Assembly: GCA_964602245.1 (NCBI GenBank)
Contig: CAZRPY010000001.1
Location: forward strand, 152,246-216,245
Source: an uncultured Methanosarcinales archaeon
Lineage (GTDB): Archaea > Nanobdellota > Nanobdellia > Woesearchaeales > JACPIF01
DNA length: 64,000 nt
Reading direction: 5' to 3'
Part shown: one piece after another, positions 38,106 to 47,746 of the stretch
How positions within the stretch are numbered: the stretch's first letter is position 1
Layout of the letters: each line of letters opens with the position of its first letter
Translations under genes and position numbers: made by a program
The notes under the pieces: generated by a model
What the model saw: the letters and a program-made list of their open reading frames with translations, nothing else
Told to the model about the DNA's origin: nothing
The model's database searches: none

Positions 38106-38198
38106 TCTAAGTAGGTATTCAGATACGAGTTGTTACTTTTAAATAATAACAACGTAGAAAGATTTAAATACTCTTGGTACAATCCACAATAAGAGAAA

Positions 38199-38999
38199 AT
38201 GATAGTTCAAAAGGAATTTTTAAACAAACTGAAGGATTTCGGGCTTAACTCTTATGAGAGTAGGCTTTGGACCGCTTTGCTTTCAAGAGGTGTTAGTACA
38301 GCTGGCGAGCTAAGCGATATAGCTAATGTTCCAAGGTCAAGAAGCTACGATGTTTTGGAAAGCCTTGAAAAGAAGGGTTTTGTGGTAATGAAGCTTGGTA
38401 AGCCTATTAAGTATATTGCTGTTCAGCCAGAAGAGGTATTTGAAAGGGTTAAGAGAAGGATAAAACAGAACACAGAGGAAAGGCTCGTAATAATAGAGAA
38501 TCTTAAAAACAGTACAGTATTAGATGAGCTGAAGTTAATACATTCACAAGGAATTAATCTTGTTGAGCCAAGTGATTTGTCTGGATCAATTAAGGGCAGA
38601 GAAAACTTATATTCGCATATAGAATCAAGACTTAAGAATGCTAAAAGCTCTATTATAATATCAACAACTTCACAAGGGCTAGTGAGAAAAGCTGCTAATT
38701 TCAAGAAAGCTTTAATGAAAGCAAGCCAAAGAGGAGTTAAGATTAAGATATTAACATCTATCAATAAAGAAAGTCAAGAAGCTATTAAAGAACTGGCAGA
38801 AATTGCAGATATTAGGAATAAGGCTAGTCCTGCCAGATATGTAATAATTGACGGTAAGGAAATAATCTTTATGCTAATAGATGATAAGCAAGTTCATTCA
38901 GATTATGACACAGGCATATGGGTTAGTACACCTTTCTTTACGTCTGCAATAGAAGCTATGTTTAATAGGGAGTGGGAGAGCTGTAAGGTTTATAAATAA
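38199..38999 (+). CDS. TrmB-family transcriptional regulator
   Basis: FGLNSYE...AGELSDIANVPRSRSYDVLESLEKKG HTH plus PLD-like effector domain. Confidence 0.92.
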   Translation: MIVQKEFLNKLKDFGLNSYESRLWTALLSRGVSTAGELSDIANVPRSRSYDVLESLEKKGFVVMKLGKPIKYIAVQPEEVFERVKRRIKQNTEERLVIIENLKNSTVLDELKLIHSQGINLVEPSDLSGSIKGRENLYSHIESRLKNAKSSIIISTTSQGLVRKAANFKKALMKASQRGVKIKILTSINKESQEAIKELAEIADIRNKASPARYVIIDGKEIIFMLIDDKQVHSDYDTGIWVSTPFFTSAIEAMFNREWESCKVYK

Positions 39000-39032
39000 G
39001 CACTATTACATACAAATATAAGAAGGTTTAAA

Positions 39033-39395
39033 ATGAAAAAAATGGTAACATATATGCAAGGCAATCTAGGAGAAATACTAGTTGATTTAGAAGTAAAAAC
39101 AGAAGAATGGGGGATAGGCACACGTTTGGAACGTTTTCCTTTTGTAACTAAAGCTGATTTAGTAGTCGAAGATGGTAGAAAAAGAATCTACGATGACGCC
39201 GGAGCTAGTCCATATTCAATGCATATTAAAGCTGTTTCGTATCTAGAACAACAGGGTTTCAGAAGAGTAGGGACAGAATTATTAAGGCATGGTGTTCCTG
39301 AAGAGGAAGTTTGGAGTACTGGAAGAAGAAAAGCTGTCTTGCAAGAACAAGGAAGAGAATTGTATGCTCACCCTTCTCGATTAGCCAAAAAATAA
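39033..39395 (+). CDS. Hypothetical protein
   Basis: 120-aa ORF filling the intergenic space; no motif recognised. Confidence 0.5.
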   Translation: MKKMVTYMQGNLGEILVDLEVKTEEWGIGTRLERFPFVTKADLVVEDGRKRIYDDAGASPYSMHIKAVSYLEQQGFRRVGTELLRHGVPEEEVWSTGRRKAVLQEQGRELYAHPSRLAKK

Positions 39396-39529
39396 TTTAA
39401 GTGCATATATTAAGCTTACTATCAATAAAAGTTTCTATATTACAAATTAGCTATCCCATCTTTCCAAAACTTTTATATACTAAAACACTTATATTCAAAT
39501 AAGTCTGTTGTTTAAAAAGGAGGGATAGG

Positions 39530-39736
39530 ATGGCTTTAGATGTGCAAGGGGTTACACTTTCTGTTATTATTGGCACTTTAGCTGCAATTGTTTATTCATT
39601 AAGAATTCTAGTGTTAATGGAAAGAAGAGTTGCAAGAGTTGAAGAGCATCTTGAGAATATAGCAAAAAAGATATTGCGAGAAGAATTGAGAATAGAGAAA
39701 TCTTTAGGGAGAAGAGCTAGGAAATCAAGAAGATGA
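39530..39736 (+). CDS. Small single-TM coiled-coil protein
   Basis: AGGAGG ribosome-binding site and TATA upstream; TM followed by a charged helix. Confidence 0.7.
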   Translation: MALDVQGVTLSVIIGTLAAIVYSLRILVLMERRVARVEEHLENIAKKILREELRIEKSLGRRARKSRR

Positions 39737-40123
39737 CTTCTCTATTAGCTCATCAATAAGCAAACCTCTTCTCTGTGCAATTTTATAATCAATAACATAG
39801 CCATTCTCCGTTTTCTCTATATCTTCTGGGCTTAAGAACAACCAATCTTTTCTTGTAAACCTAACTGCGAACCATGGCTCTGCTCCAAAAGCATTGCAAA
39901 ATTCTACTAACTGGTTAATATCTTCCTTACTCAGGTATTTCTTTTTCTTCTTTGTTGACTTACATTCAATTGCTAATACCCTTGCTTTATTACTAACAAT
40001 TAAATCTGGGCCAGGATACTTCATAGAGCCAGAGCCAGCTGAGCGCAAGGTAGCAAAACCTCTCTGCCAAAACATATGCAATAATTCCCTTTCAGCATTA
40101 GAGCCTTTAGCTTTATTAGCCAT
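39725..40123 (-). CDS. hjc: Holliday junction resolvase
   Basis: KGSNAEREL, RSAGSG, PDLI, IECK. Confidence 0.95.
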   Translation of the reverse strand: MANKAKGSNAERELLHMFWQRGFATLRSAGSGSMKYPGPDLIVSNKARVLAIECKSTKKKKKYLSKEDINQLVEFCNAFGAEPWFAVRFTRKDWLFLSPEDIEKTENGYVIDYKIAQRRGLLIDELIEKSSS

Positions 40124-40130
40124 ATCACAC

Positions 40131-41021
40131 CTAGCTTCTAATTTCCATAAAATCCTCAGCAGATATTACATTATCAAAATAATCTCTGGCATCTTTTTCA
40201 ATATCATAAGTGTTTTTATATCTAGTACTAAAATGTGCTAAAACTAATTTCTTAGCACTACTTTTACTTGCAATTAATGCTGCATCTTTTGCAGTTAGAT
40301 GCATATATTTCTCAGCTTTGTCATCTAAGTTAGAAGCATAAACGGCTTCACATACTAAGATATCTACATTGTTAGCAATTTTATAGCAATTCTCGTTAAG
40401 ACTTGTATCTAGGATTATACCGATTTTTTGTCCAGGACTAATTTTTCCAGTATCCCTTGGTTTTATTTTCCTACCTTTATAAGTTAAAGATTCTCCTTTT
40501 TGTAATTTACCTACTAAAAGGCTCGGAAGCTTTAGGGCTTTTATTTTACTGGGGTCTATTTTCCATTTATCTTTTTCTTTAATTGAATAAGCAACACAAG
40601 TAATGCTATGTTTCATTGGATAAGACTCTATAATCAAAGATTCATCCTCATAATTAATGCCTTCTACTACTTCTATTACTTTAATATCAAGCTTATTATC
40701 AAATTCAAAAGCCCTAAATGCTAAATCCAACCTTTCCTTAGTGCCTTTAGGGCCGTAAATTTCCAACTTTTCATTATAATCACTTGCACTCATTGTTTGC
40801 AATAACCCAGGAATGCCTAGAACATGGTCACCATGCCAATGAGTTATTAGTATTTTATTTATCTTAGACAGCTTTATTCCAGCAATTTTTAGTTGCCTTT
40901 GAGTACCTTCACCACAATCAACTAGAAAACCTTTATCCTTATAAGTAATAAAAAGGGAGAAATGATTTCTATCCTTAGTAGGCTTCATACAAGATGTACC
41001 TAAAAATTTCAAAATAAACAT
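40131..41021 (-). CDS. rnz: Ribonuclease Z
   Basis: FLGT, DCGEGTQ, THWHGDH, HFSTRY. Confidence 0.95.
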   Translation of the reverse strand: MFILKFLGTSCMKPTKDRNHFSLFITYKDKGFLVDCGEGTQRQLKIAGIKLSKINKILITHWHGDHVLGIPGLLQTMSASDYNEKLEIYGPKGTKERLDLAFRAFEFDNKLDIKVIEVVEGINYEDESLIIESYPMKHSITCVAYSIKEKDKWKIDPSKIKALKLPSLLVGKLQKGESLTYKGRKIKPRDTGKISPGQKIGIILDTSLNENCYKIANNVDILVCEAVYASNLDDKAEKYMHLTAKDAALIASKSSAKKLVLAHFSTRYKNTYDIEKDARDYFDNVISAEDFMEIRS

Positions 41022-41145
41022 AACAAATGCTAATCAAGCTTTATTTATAATTTTATACCCACCAAAAGAACACAATATTATTTACAATATTGAAAATAAA
41101 ATATATGTAAAAACATTTTAATATAGAGCAAAACTACTTTTAATT

Positions 41146-41715
41146 ATGAGCAAAAAGAAAGAAGAAATGATGGAAGAAAAGAAAGATAAAAAACAGATAA
41201 AAGCTGTGCTTTCAAGAGAGAAAGTTATAACTGAAGCATCAAGCGAGGCAAAAGAGCTTTATGAACAGGGCAGGTATGGCATACTTTTAGAGGAAGGCAG
41301 AATGCAGCTATCTTTAATAGAGGCTCTTTACCTTCTAGAAAAAAAGAGGCTAATTGTTTTTGATAACAGGAATAAGGAAATTATAGTTGAGAAATTCATT
41401 AAGAAGGCAGAAAAAATTGACAAGAATTTCTGGGTTAAATTTTGTGTTTACAAAGATATAAGAAATCGTGGCTATATTGTCAAGACAGCTTTGAAATTTG
41501 GAGCAGATTTTAGGGTATATGACAGGGGAGTTAAACCAGGAGAGGATCACGCTAGATGGATATTATACCCTGTGCATGAGAGCGAGCATCTGACTTGGTA
41601 TGATTTTGCAGCTAAAAATAGAGTTGCACATTCTACTAAAAAAAGACTGCTGGTAGGAATAGTTGATGATGAAGGGGATGTTACTTACTATGAGATTAAA
41701 TGGATGAGGCCATGA
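41146..41715 (+). CDS. endA: tRNA-intron endonuclease
   Basis: LSLIEALYL, VYKDIRNRGY, KFGADFRVY, RVAHSTKK. Confidence 0.95.
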   Translation: MSKKKEEMMEEKKDKKQIKAVLSREKVITEASSEAKELYEQGRYGILLEEGRMQLSLIEALYLLEKKRLIVFDNRNKEIIVEKFIKKAEKIDKNFWVKFCVYKDIRNRGYIVKTALKFGADFRVYDRGVKPGEDHARWILYPVHESEHLTWYDFAAKNRVAHSTKKRLLVGIVDDEGDVTYYEIKWMRP

Positions 41716-42581
41716 GCAGAGAAAAGATATTACAGATAATAAAAGATAGAGGGCCTGTGCTGCCAGTACAAATATCAAAAGAGATAGGAACAAACATACT
41801 TTTTGCATCCGCGATGTTATCAGAGTTAGTTGCAAGAAAAGAGTTAAAAGTCTCTAACTTAAAGATAGGAAGTAGTCCATTATACTTTATTCCTGGGCAA
41901 GAGCACATGCTAGAAAATTTTATTGATAAATTAAATGAGAAAGACAAGGTATCTTATACATTAATTAAAGAGGAAAAATTAGTAAGAGATAATGAGGAAA
42001 CTCCACTAACAAGAGTAGCTTTAAGATCTATTAAAGATTTTGCAATACCTCTAGAGGTAACTCATAATAATAGAAAGGAAATATTCTGGAAGTGGTATAA
42101 ATTAGATAATAAAGATGCAGAAGGTTATATAAAAAAGATATTAGACTCAAATAAATTAATAGCAGTTAAAAAAGATGAAAAAATAGAGCAAAAGAAAGAA
42201 AAAGTAAAACTAGAAAAAGAACAAAAGCAGAAAAGAGAAGAGGTAAAGGTAAAATTAAAAGATACTAAAAAAGATAGCTTTTATTTGAAGTTAGAGGATT
42301 TTTTAAAGAAAGCACATTTCACCTTTAAAGATTCTAATACTAAGAAACACGAGGGTTTATTGGGAATGGAAAGTTCTATTGGAGATATTATATTCTATTA
42401 TATTACAAAAAATAAGAAAAATATCACTGAAAAAGATATAGGCGAGGCAGTTGCGCAAAGCCAGTTACAAAATTTACCAGTTATCATACTTTCTAGCGGA
42501 AATTTGAATAGGAAGGCCAGCATTATGCTTGAAAAATTTAAAAACATATATTTTAGAAAAATAGATGAAAATGGGAGTTAA
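41712..42581 (+). CDS. Hypothetical protein with N-terminal winged HTH
   Basis: GPVLPVQISK..SAMLSEL..GSSPLY; ATGA overlap with endA. Confidence 0.7.
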   Translation: MSREKILQIIKDRGPVLPVQISKEIGTNILFASAMLSELVARKELKVSNLKIGSSPLYFIPGQEHMLENFIDKLNEKDKVSYTLIKEEKLVRDNEETPLTRVALRSIKDFAIPLEVTHNNRKEIFWKWYKLDNKDAEGYIKKILDSNKLIAVKKDEKIEQKKEKVKLEKEQKQKREEVKVKLKDTKKDSFYLKLEDFLKKAHFTFKDSNTKKHEGLLGMESSIGDIIFYYITKNKKNITEKDIGEAVAQSQLQNLPVIILSSGNLNRKASIMLEKFKNIYFRKIDENGS

Positions 42582-43602
42582 TCTTGCAGAAATTCTAATT
42601 TCAAGAGAAATTAAGGCTGAAGATTTAAAAGGCAAGGTAATAGCGGTTGATGCATCTAACTGGATTTATCAGTTCTTATCAGTAATAAGACAGCCTGATG
42701 GAAGTTTATTGACAGATAGAAAAGGAAGAGTGACATCACATTTAATGGGGTTATTTACAAGGAACATAAAGCTTATACAATTAGGAATTAGTGTTGTTTA
42801 TGTCTTTGATGGAAAGCCGCCAGATTTAAAAATAGTAACACAGCAAAAAAGGCAAGAAACCAAGGCTAATGCAGAGAAAGAATATAAGAAAGCTTTAGCA
42901 AAGCAAGATATTGAAGAGATGAGAAAATATGCAGCAATGACATCTAGGCTTACTGAGGAGATGGTGGCAGAATCAAAAGAGCTGCTCCAAGCCTTAGGAA
43001 TAGCTATTTTACAAGCACCTTCTGAAGGAGAGGCGCAAGCCGCATTCTTAGTTAAAAATAAAGATGCTTATGCTGTTGGAAGTCAAGATACAGACTCAAT
43101 GCTTTTTGGTGCAATAAGAGCAGTAAGAAATCTAGGATTTTCAAGCAAACGAAGAATAGGTAAAGCAAGATATGTTAGTATTTCTCCAGAATTATTTGAC
43201 TTGAAAGAAAACTTAAAGCACCAGGATATTACTTATGAACAATTAATAGTTTTAGCAATACTTGTAGGGACAGACTATAATTATGGAGGCATTCCAGGCA
43301 TAGGACCGAAAAAGGCACTAGGTTTAGTTAAAAAATACGGAAAGAATTTTGATAAGATATTCTCAGAGGTTAGATGGAAGCAATATTTTAACTATTCATG
43401 GAAGGAAGTATTTGACCTGTTTTTAAAAATGGATGTTACTGATAAATATAAAATAAAACAAATTCTTCCAAATAGAGATAAAATATTAAAGATACTAATT
43501 GAGGACCATGATTTTTCTGAGGGAAGGGTTAATAGCCTGCTAGAACCTTTTTTAGAATACTGTAAAAAAAAACAGAAAGGTCTTGGTGAGTTCTTTGACT
43601 AA
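42571..43602 (+). CDS. fen: Flap endonuclease 1
   Basis: MGV start, YQFLS.IR, FDG, APSEGEAQAA, GTDYN, GIGPK, PIP box QKGLGEFF. Confidence 0.97.
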   Translation: MGVNLAEILISREIKAEDLKGKVIAVDASNWIYQFLSVIRQPDGSLLTDRKGRVTSHLMGLFTRNIKLIQLGISVVYVFDGKPPDLKIVTQQKRQETKANAEKEYKKALAKQDIEEMRKYAAMTSRLTEEMVAESKELLQALGIAILQAPSEGEAQAAFLVKNKDAYAVGSQDTDSMLFGAIRAVRNLGFSSKRRIGKARYVSISPELFDLKENLKHQDITYEQLIVLAILVGTDYNYGGIPGIGPKKALGLVKKYGKNFDKIFSEVRWKQYFNYSWKEVFDLFLKMDVTDKYKIKQILPNRDKILKILIEDHDFSEGRVNSLLEPFLEYCKKKQKGLGEFFD

Positions 43603-44425
43603 AACTTTAAAAGATATGCTAAAATCATACCTAAGTAAAGATGAGATAGATTATGTTAGGACTAGTTATGACATTATAGGAGACATAGCCTTAATTGAGA
43701 TTCCTCTAGAACTTAGGAAAAAAGAAAAGATTATAGCACAAGCTATAATTGAAAGACATAAAAATGTTAAAACAGTTGCAAAAAAAGCAGGAATACATTC
43801 AGGAGAGTTTAGAACACAAAAAATTAAAGTAATTCTTGGGAGAAAAAAAACAGAAACAATGCACAAAGAAAGCTTAGTTAGAATAATGTTAGATGTCGGA
43901 AAAGTTTATTTCTCTCCACGGCTAGCTTCAGAAAGATTAAGAATAGCTAAGCTTGTGAAACCAAATGAGATTATATTAGTTATGTTTTCCGGATGTGGGC
44001 CATACCCTTTAGTTATAGCTAAGAATTCTCAAGCTAAAGTTATTCACGGAATAGAAAAGAATCCTATAGCGCATGAATACGCGGTTAAAAATGTTAAATT
44101 GAATAAATTAGAAAAGAAAATAATTCTAATAAAAGGAGATGTTAAAAAAGTTATTAAAAATTTATCACAGAAATTTGATAGGATAGTAATGCCTTTGCCA
44201 AAGGATTCTGAGAGTTTTCTTAAAGAGGCTTTAAGTGTTGCAAAAAGTGTTAGCTACCTTCATTATTATACATTCTCTTCATTAGAAGACTCTAAGCAAA
44301 CAGCACTAAATATTAAAGATGCAATAAAGATTTTAGGCAGGAATTGTGAGATACTTAATATAGTAAAATGCGGGCAATACTCTCCTAGAGTTTATAGGAT
44401 TTGTATTGATTTTTTGCTGAGTTGA
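43583..44425 (+). CDS. Trm5/Tyw2-family tRNA methyltransferase
   Basis: YDIIGDIA, VYFSPRL, MFSGCGPY, EKNP, DRIVMPLP. Confidence 0.88.
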   Translation: MVSSLTKTLKDMLKSYLSKDEIDYVRTSYDIIGDIALIEIPLELRKKEKIIAQAIIERHKNVKTVAKKAGIHSGEFRTQKIKVILGRKKTETMHKESLVRIMLDVGKVYFSPRLASERLRIAKLVKPNEIILVMFSGCGPYPLVIAKNSQAKVIHGIEKNPIAHEYAVKNVKLNKLEKKIILIKGDVKKVIKNLSQKFDRIVMPLPKDSESFLKEALSVAKSVSYLHYYTFSSLEDSKQTALNIKDAIKILGRNCEILNIVKCGQYSPRVYRICIDFLLS

Positions 44426-44430
44426 TTATT

Positions 44431-45069
44431 ATGGTAATTAATAACATCATATTTGATTGGTCTGGAACAATTAGTAATGATTTATTACCAGTTTGGAAGG
44501 CTTCAAGTTATACATTTAAGTATTTTGGAATAAAACCTTTAACTCTTAAAGAGTTTAGAACAGAATTTATACTACCTTATATGAACTTTTATTCGAAATT
44601 TAAAAAAGACATTAGCAAAAAGGAATGTGATGAAGTATTCTTTAAGAAATTTAAGTTACTAAGAGAGCCAAAACCTTTTCCAAAAGTTAAGCTAATTCTT
44701 AGATATTTGAAATTAAAAGGCATAAAGTTAATTATTCTAAGCTCTCATCCACAGAAAGAGATAGAAAAAGAATTAAAAAGATATAAGTTGGGTGATTATT
44801 TTAGATGTATTTATGGAGGAATTCATGATAAAACAAGTGGGATAGTGAGAGTTATAAAAGATAATAAACTTAAACGAAGAGAAACTGCATTTGTTGGAGA
44901 TATGACTTCAGATATAAAAGCAGGAAAGAAAACAAAAGTAATAACTATTGCTGTCACATGGGGATACCACTTGAAAGATAAATTATTAGAAGCAAAACCA
45001 GACTACATAATTAATAATTTTTATGAGCTGAAAAGAATCATTTCTGATACAGAAAATAACAAAATATAA
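44431..45069 (+). CDS. HAD-superfamily hydrolase
   Basis: IFDWSGT, VGD..SDI.AG, VTWGY. Confidence 0.88.
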   Translation: MVINNIIFDWSGTISNDLLPVWKASSYTFKYFGIKPLTLKEFRTEFILPYMNFYSKFKKDISKKECDEVFFKKFKLLREPKPFPKVKLILRYLKLKGIKLIILSSHPQKEIEKELKRYKLGDYFRCIYGGIHDKTSGIVRVIKDNKLKRRETAFVGDMTSDIKAGKKTKVITIAVTWGYHLKDKLLEAKPDYIINNFYELKRIISDTENNKI

Positions 45070-45106
45070 AAGAATAAGCTAATTAGCAAAATTAAATTGG
45101 TGCAAT

Positions 45107-45175
45107 ATGCTCGAGGAAGAAGTGAACACCATGAGAGCTTAGGCTATGATCAATAGGAGTAACTGCTGAGAGCAT
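45107..45175 (+). ncRNA. Candidate box C/D guide sRNA
   Basis: Terminal stem ATGCTC/GAGCAT encloses C-like AGGAAGA, a 10-nt guide, D'-like ATGA, C'-like ATGATCA, a 13-nt guide and D box CTGA. Confidence 0.4.
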
Positions 45176-45250
45176 GCAAAACCAATATTCCGATAGAAAA
45201 TGCACTTAGCCAAACATACTAAAAAATCATAGATTTTTTGTCGTTCGGCT

Positions 45251-46411
45251 TTAACCGAACATGTTAAGATAATCTTTTCCTTCTAGCTCTTCTTCTCTCT
45301 TAACTTTTTCAAAAGCCCTTTTGAAGTCTTCAAATGTTACTTTCGCTCTAAAATCCCTTATAGCAAAATAACCTGCTTCTGTGCAAACGGCTTTTATCTC
45401 TGCTCCTGAAAAACTCTCCATAAGATCTATTATCTTATCGAAGTTGATGCCTTTATCATAGTTCATATTTGCTGTGTGGATTTTTAGAATTTGGCTTCTG
45501 CCATCCTTATCCGGCAGATCTATTTTTATTAGCCTATCTAATCTTCCAGGTCTAGTTATTGCAGGATCTAGGATATCTCTTCTGTTACTGCAACCAACTA
45601 TTTTTACATTACCTAAAGGCTTAAAACCATCTATTTCTGCAAGGAGCTGCATAAATGTCCTTTGGACTTCTCTCTCACCAGAAGTACCAATGTCAATCCT
45701 AGTTGCTGCTAATGCATCCAACTCGTCAATAAATATTATTGAAGGAGCTTTTTCCTTTGCAAGCTGAAAAATCTCTTTAACTAACTTTGCTCCTTCTCCT
45801 ATAAACTTCTGTACTAACTCTGAGCCAACAATTTCTATAAAAGTGGAGTTTGTTGAAGAGGCAACAGCCTTTGCCAATAAAGTTTTTCCAGTGCCAGGAG
45901 GACCATAAAGTAAAATTCCTTTAGGAGGCTGTATCCCAACTTTCTTAAATAACTCAGGGGATTTTAAAGGAAGCTCTATAACCTCTTTAATTTCCTCTAT
46001 CTGCCTGCTCAAACCACCTACCTTATTCCAACTAACCTTTGGATTTTCAATAATAACAAATTTCTCAACATTAAATTTCTTTGTGCTGTTAATCTTCTTC
46101 ACAAGAGTTAAGTTCTTCTGCTCTGCAAGTACAGTGTCACCAACATTAATCTGCCGGCAGTCATTTGAAATTTCTACAAGAAACTCATTGCCATTCTGCA
46201 GCCTTACTATAGCGTTGTTGTCTATAATATCCTGGATTTCACATACTATTAGTGGGGTTTTCTTGAATCTTTCAAGCTCAAGCTTTAGATTTTCAACAGT
46301 GTCCCTTAACAGCCTGTTCTCTTCTTCTAGTTTAGGGATATGCATAGCATAATTATAAATAACACTATCCAATAATTCCCTGTCTTTTTCTTTTGACTCA
46401 GAATTTTCCAT
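45251..46411 (-). CDS. pan: Proteasome-activating nucleotidase
   Basis: Coiled coil plus OB fold, GPPGTGKT, FIDELD, RPGRLDR. Start is likely at 46411. Confidence 0.95.
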   Translation of the reverse strand: MENSESKEKDRELLDSVIYNYAMHIPKLEEENRLLRDTVENLKLELERFKKTPLIVCEIQDIIDNNAIVRLQNGNEFLVEISNDCRQINVGDTVLAEQKNLTLVKKINSTKKFNVEKFVIIENPKVSWNKVGGLSRQIEEIKEVIELPLKSPELFKKVGIQPPKGILLYGPPGTGKTLLAKAVASSTNSTFIEIVGSELVQKFIGEGAKLVKEIFQLAKEKAPSIIFIDELDALAATRIDIGTSGEREVQRTFMQLLAEIDGFKPLGNVKIVGCSNRRDILDPAITRPGRLDRLIKIDLPDKDGRSQILKIHTANMNYDKGINFDKIIDLMESFSGAEIKAVCTEAGYFAIRDFRAKVTFEDFKRAFEKVKREEELEGKDYLNMFG

Positions 46412-46413
46412 AT

Positions 46414-47745
46414 TTATAGCTCTAAAGGCATTGTTATATTTAAACCTTTCACCAAAATACTTGGACAAGTAACAGGCTTTTCAGCCTCCCAGCCTTTAAT
46501 CTGCTCACTATTATTAGCAATACTAATTATATTTTGCAAGATATTTAGCATATTATCACTTATCCTTATATTTTTAATTGGATATTTAATTTTTCCGTTT
46601 TCTATATAAAATATACCATCTCTCGGTATTGTAGAGAAATCCCCAGTCATTACATTTGTTGCTCTTGTATACCAAACATTTGTGACATATATTCCTTTTT
46701 TTATGCTTTCTAGGAGCTTGCTAAATTTATTCTTACCCTGCTTCAGAATTATATTTCTAGGCTCTGGAGCTATAATACCAGCATTTCCTGTACTTTTAAC
46801 TTTGTATTTTTTTGCTGTGAAAGTATTATGAAGATAATTCTTAAATATCCCATTTTCAATAATTACAGTATCTTGGCTCGGATAGCCTTCAGCATCACAT
46901 TTGCTTGAGCCTAGTCCATTCTTTAGTAGACCATTATCGTAAATATTAATAATATCAGATGCAACTTTCTTGTTTAGAGAGTTTTGGAAAAATGAAAGAC
47001 CTGATTCCATATTAAATATTGAGGCTGAATTTCCAACCAACTCCAATAAATTAGCAAAAGGTAAAGGATCAAAAAGAATGTCAAACTTTCCAACATTACC
47101 ATTAATAGGATTTTTTGCCATTATAGCAGTTTGTGCAGCCTTTTTGGCAGCTTTCTCAGCATTAAATTTGTTTAAGACTCTTGAAACAGAAATATTATGG
47201 CCAGAAGCATCCTTATCTGTAAAAGCCCTTATTGAGAAATAAATATAAGTTCCTTTTTCTCTTGCCTCTATTTTGCCAGAGGTTAAAAGTAAAGATTCAT
47301 TCTCACAGGATTCTGTAACACCAGCTACTCTTCTAGCACCATTTGCCAAAGCACAATTAATACCTCTTTCAGTAATGTCAAATATTTTATTTCCTAGGTT
47401 CGCTATTTTCTTATCATAAGACTCAGATATTTCCTTATATTTAAAAGGTCCTTGGGCTATACCATTATAATCGCGATTCTCTGCCGAGGATCTAGCAAAA
47501 TTAACTAAACTCTTTGCTAATTTTATTTTATCAGTATCTATATTCTTTATATCACTGAAAACTAATTTTTTGCCAATAGAACCAAAAATAGCTAGATCAT
47601 AATTTTCCAAGTTTTTAACAATGCTTATCTTATTATTATTAAATTTTATATGATTAATGTTGCTTCTAGTTAAGGCTACTATAACATCATTCATTTCTTG
47701 CTGTAAATCTTTAAATAATATTCTACTGTCCTGCTCAAACTTCAT
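46414..47745 (-). CDS. TldE/PmbA-family protein
   Basis: DAEG, STGNAG, TGDFS; paired with TldD. Confidence 0.88.
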   Translation of the reverse strand: MKFEQDSRILFKDLQQEMNDVIVALTRSNINHIKFNNNKISIVKNLENYDLAIFGSIGKKLVFSDIKNIDTDKIKLAKSLVNFARSSAENRDYNGIAQGPFKYKEISESYDKKIANLGNKIFDITERGINCALANGARRVAGVTESCENESLLLTSGKIEAREKGTYIYFSIRAFTDKDASGHNISVSRVLNKFNAEKAAKKAAQTAIMAKNPINGNVGKFDILFDPLPFANLLELVGNSASIFNMESGLSFFQNSLNKKVASDIINIYDNGLLKNGLGSSKCDAEGYPSQDTVIIENGIFKNYLHNTFTAKKYKVKSTGNAGIIAPEPRNIILKQGKNKFSKLLESIKKGIYVTNVWYTRATNVMTGDFSTIPRDGIFYIENGKIKYPIKNIRISDNMLNILQNIISIANNSEQIKGWEAEKPVTCPSILVKGLNITMPLEL

Positions 47746-47746
47746 T

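Noticed and set aside
45160..45200. Hammerhead ribozyme
   Set aside because: CTGAGAG does not fit CUGANGA, and the required three-stem core is absent.
46412..46468. Apparent 55-bp overlap of pan with tldE
   Set aside because: The ATG at 46411 directly follows the tldE stop and is the more plausible start.
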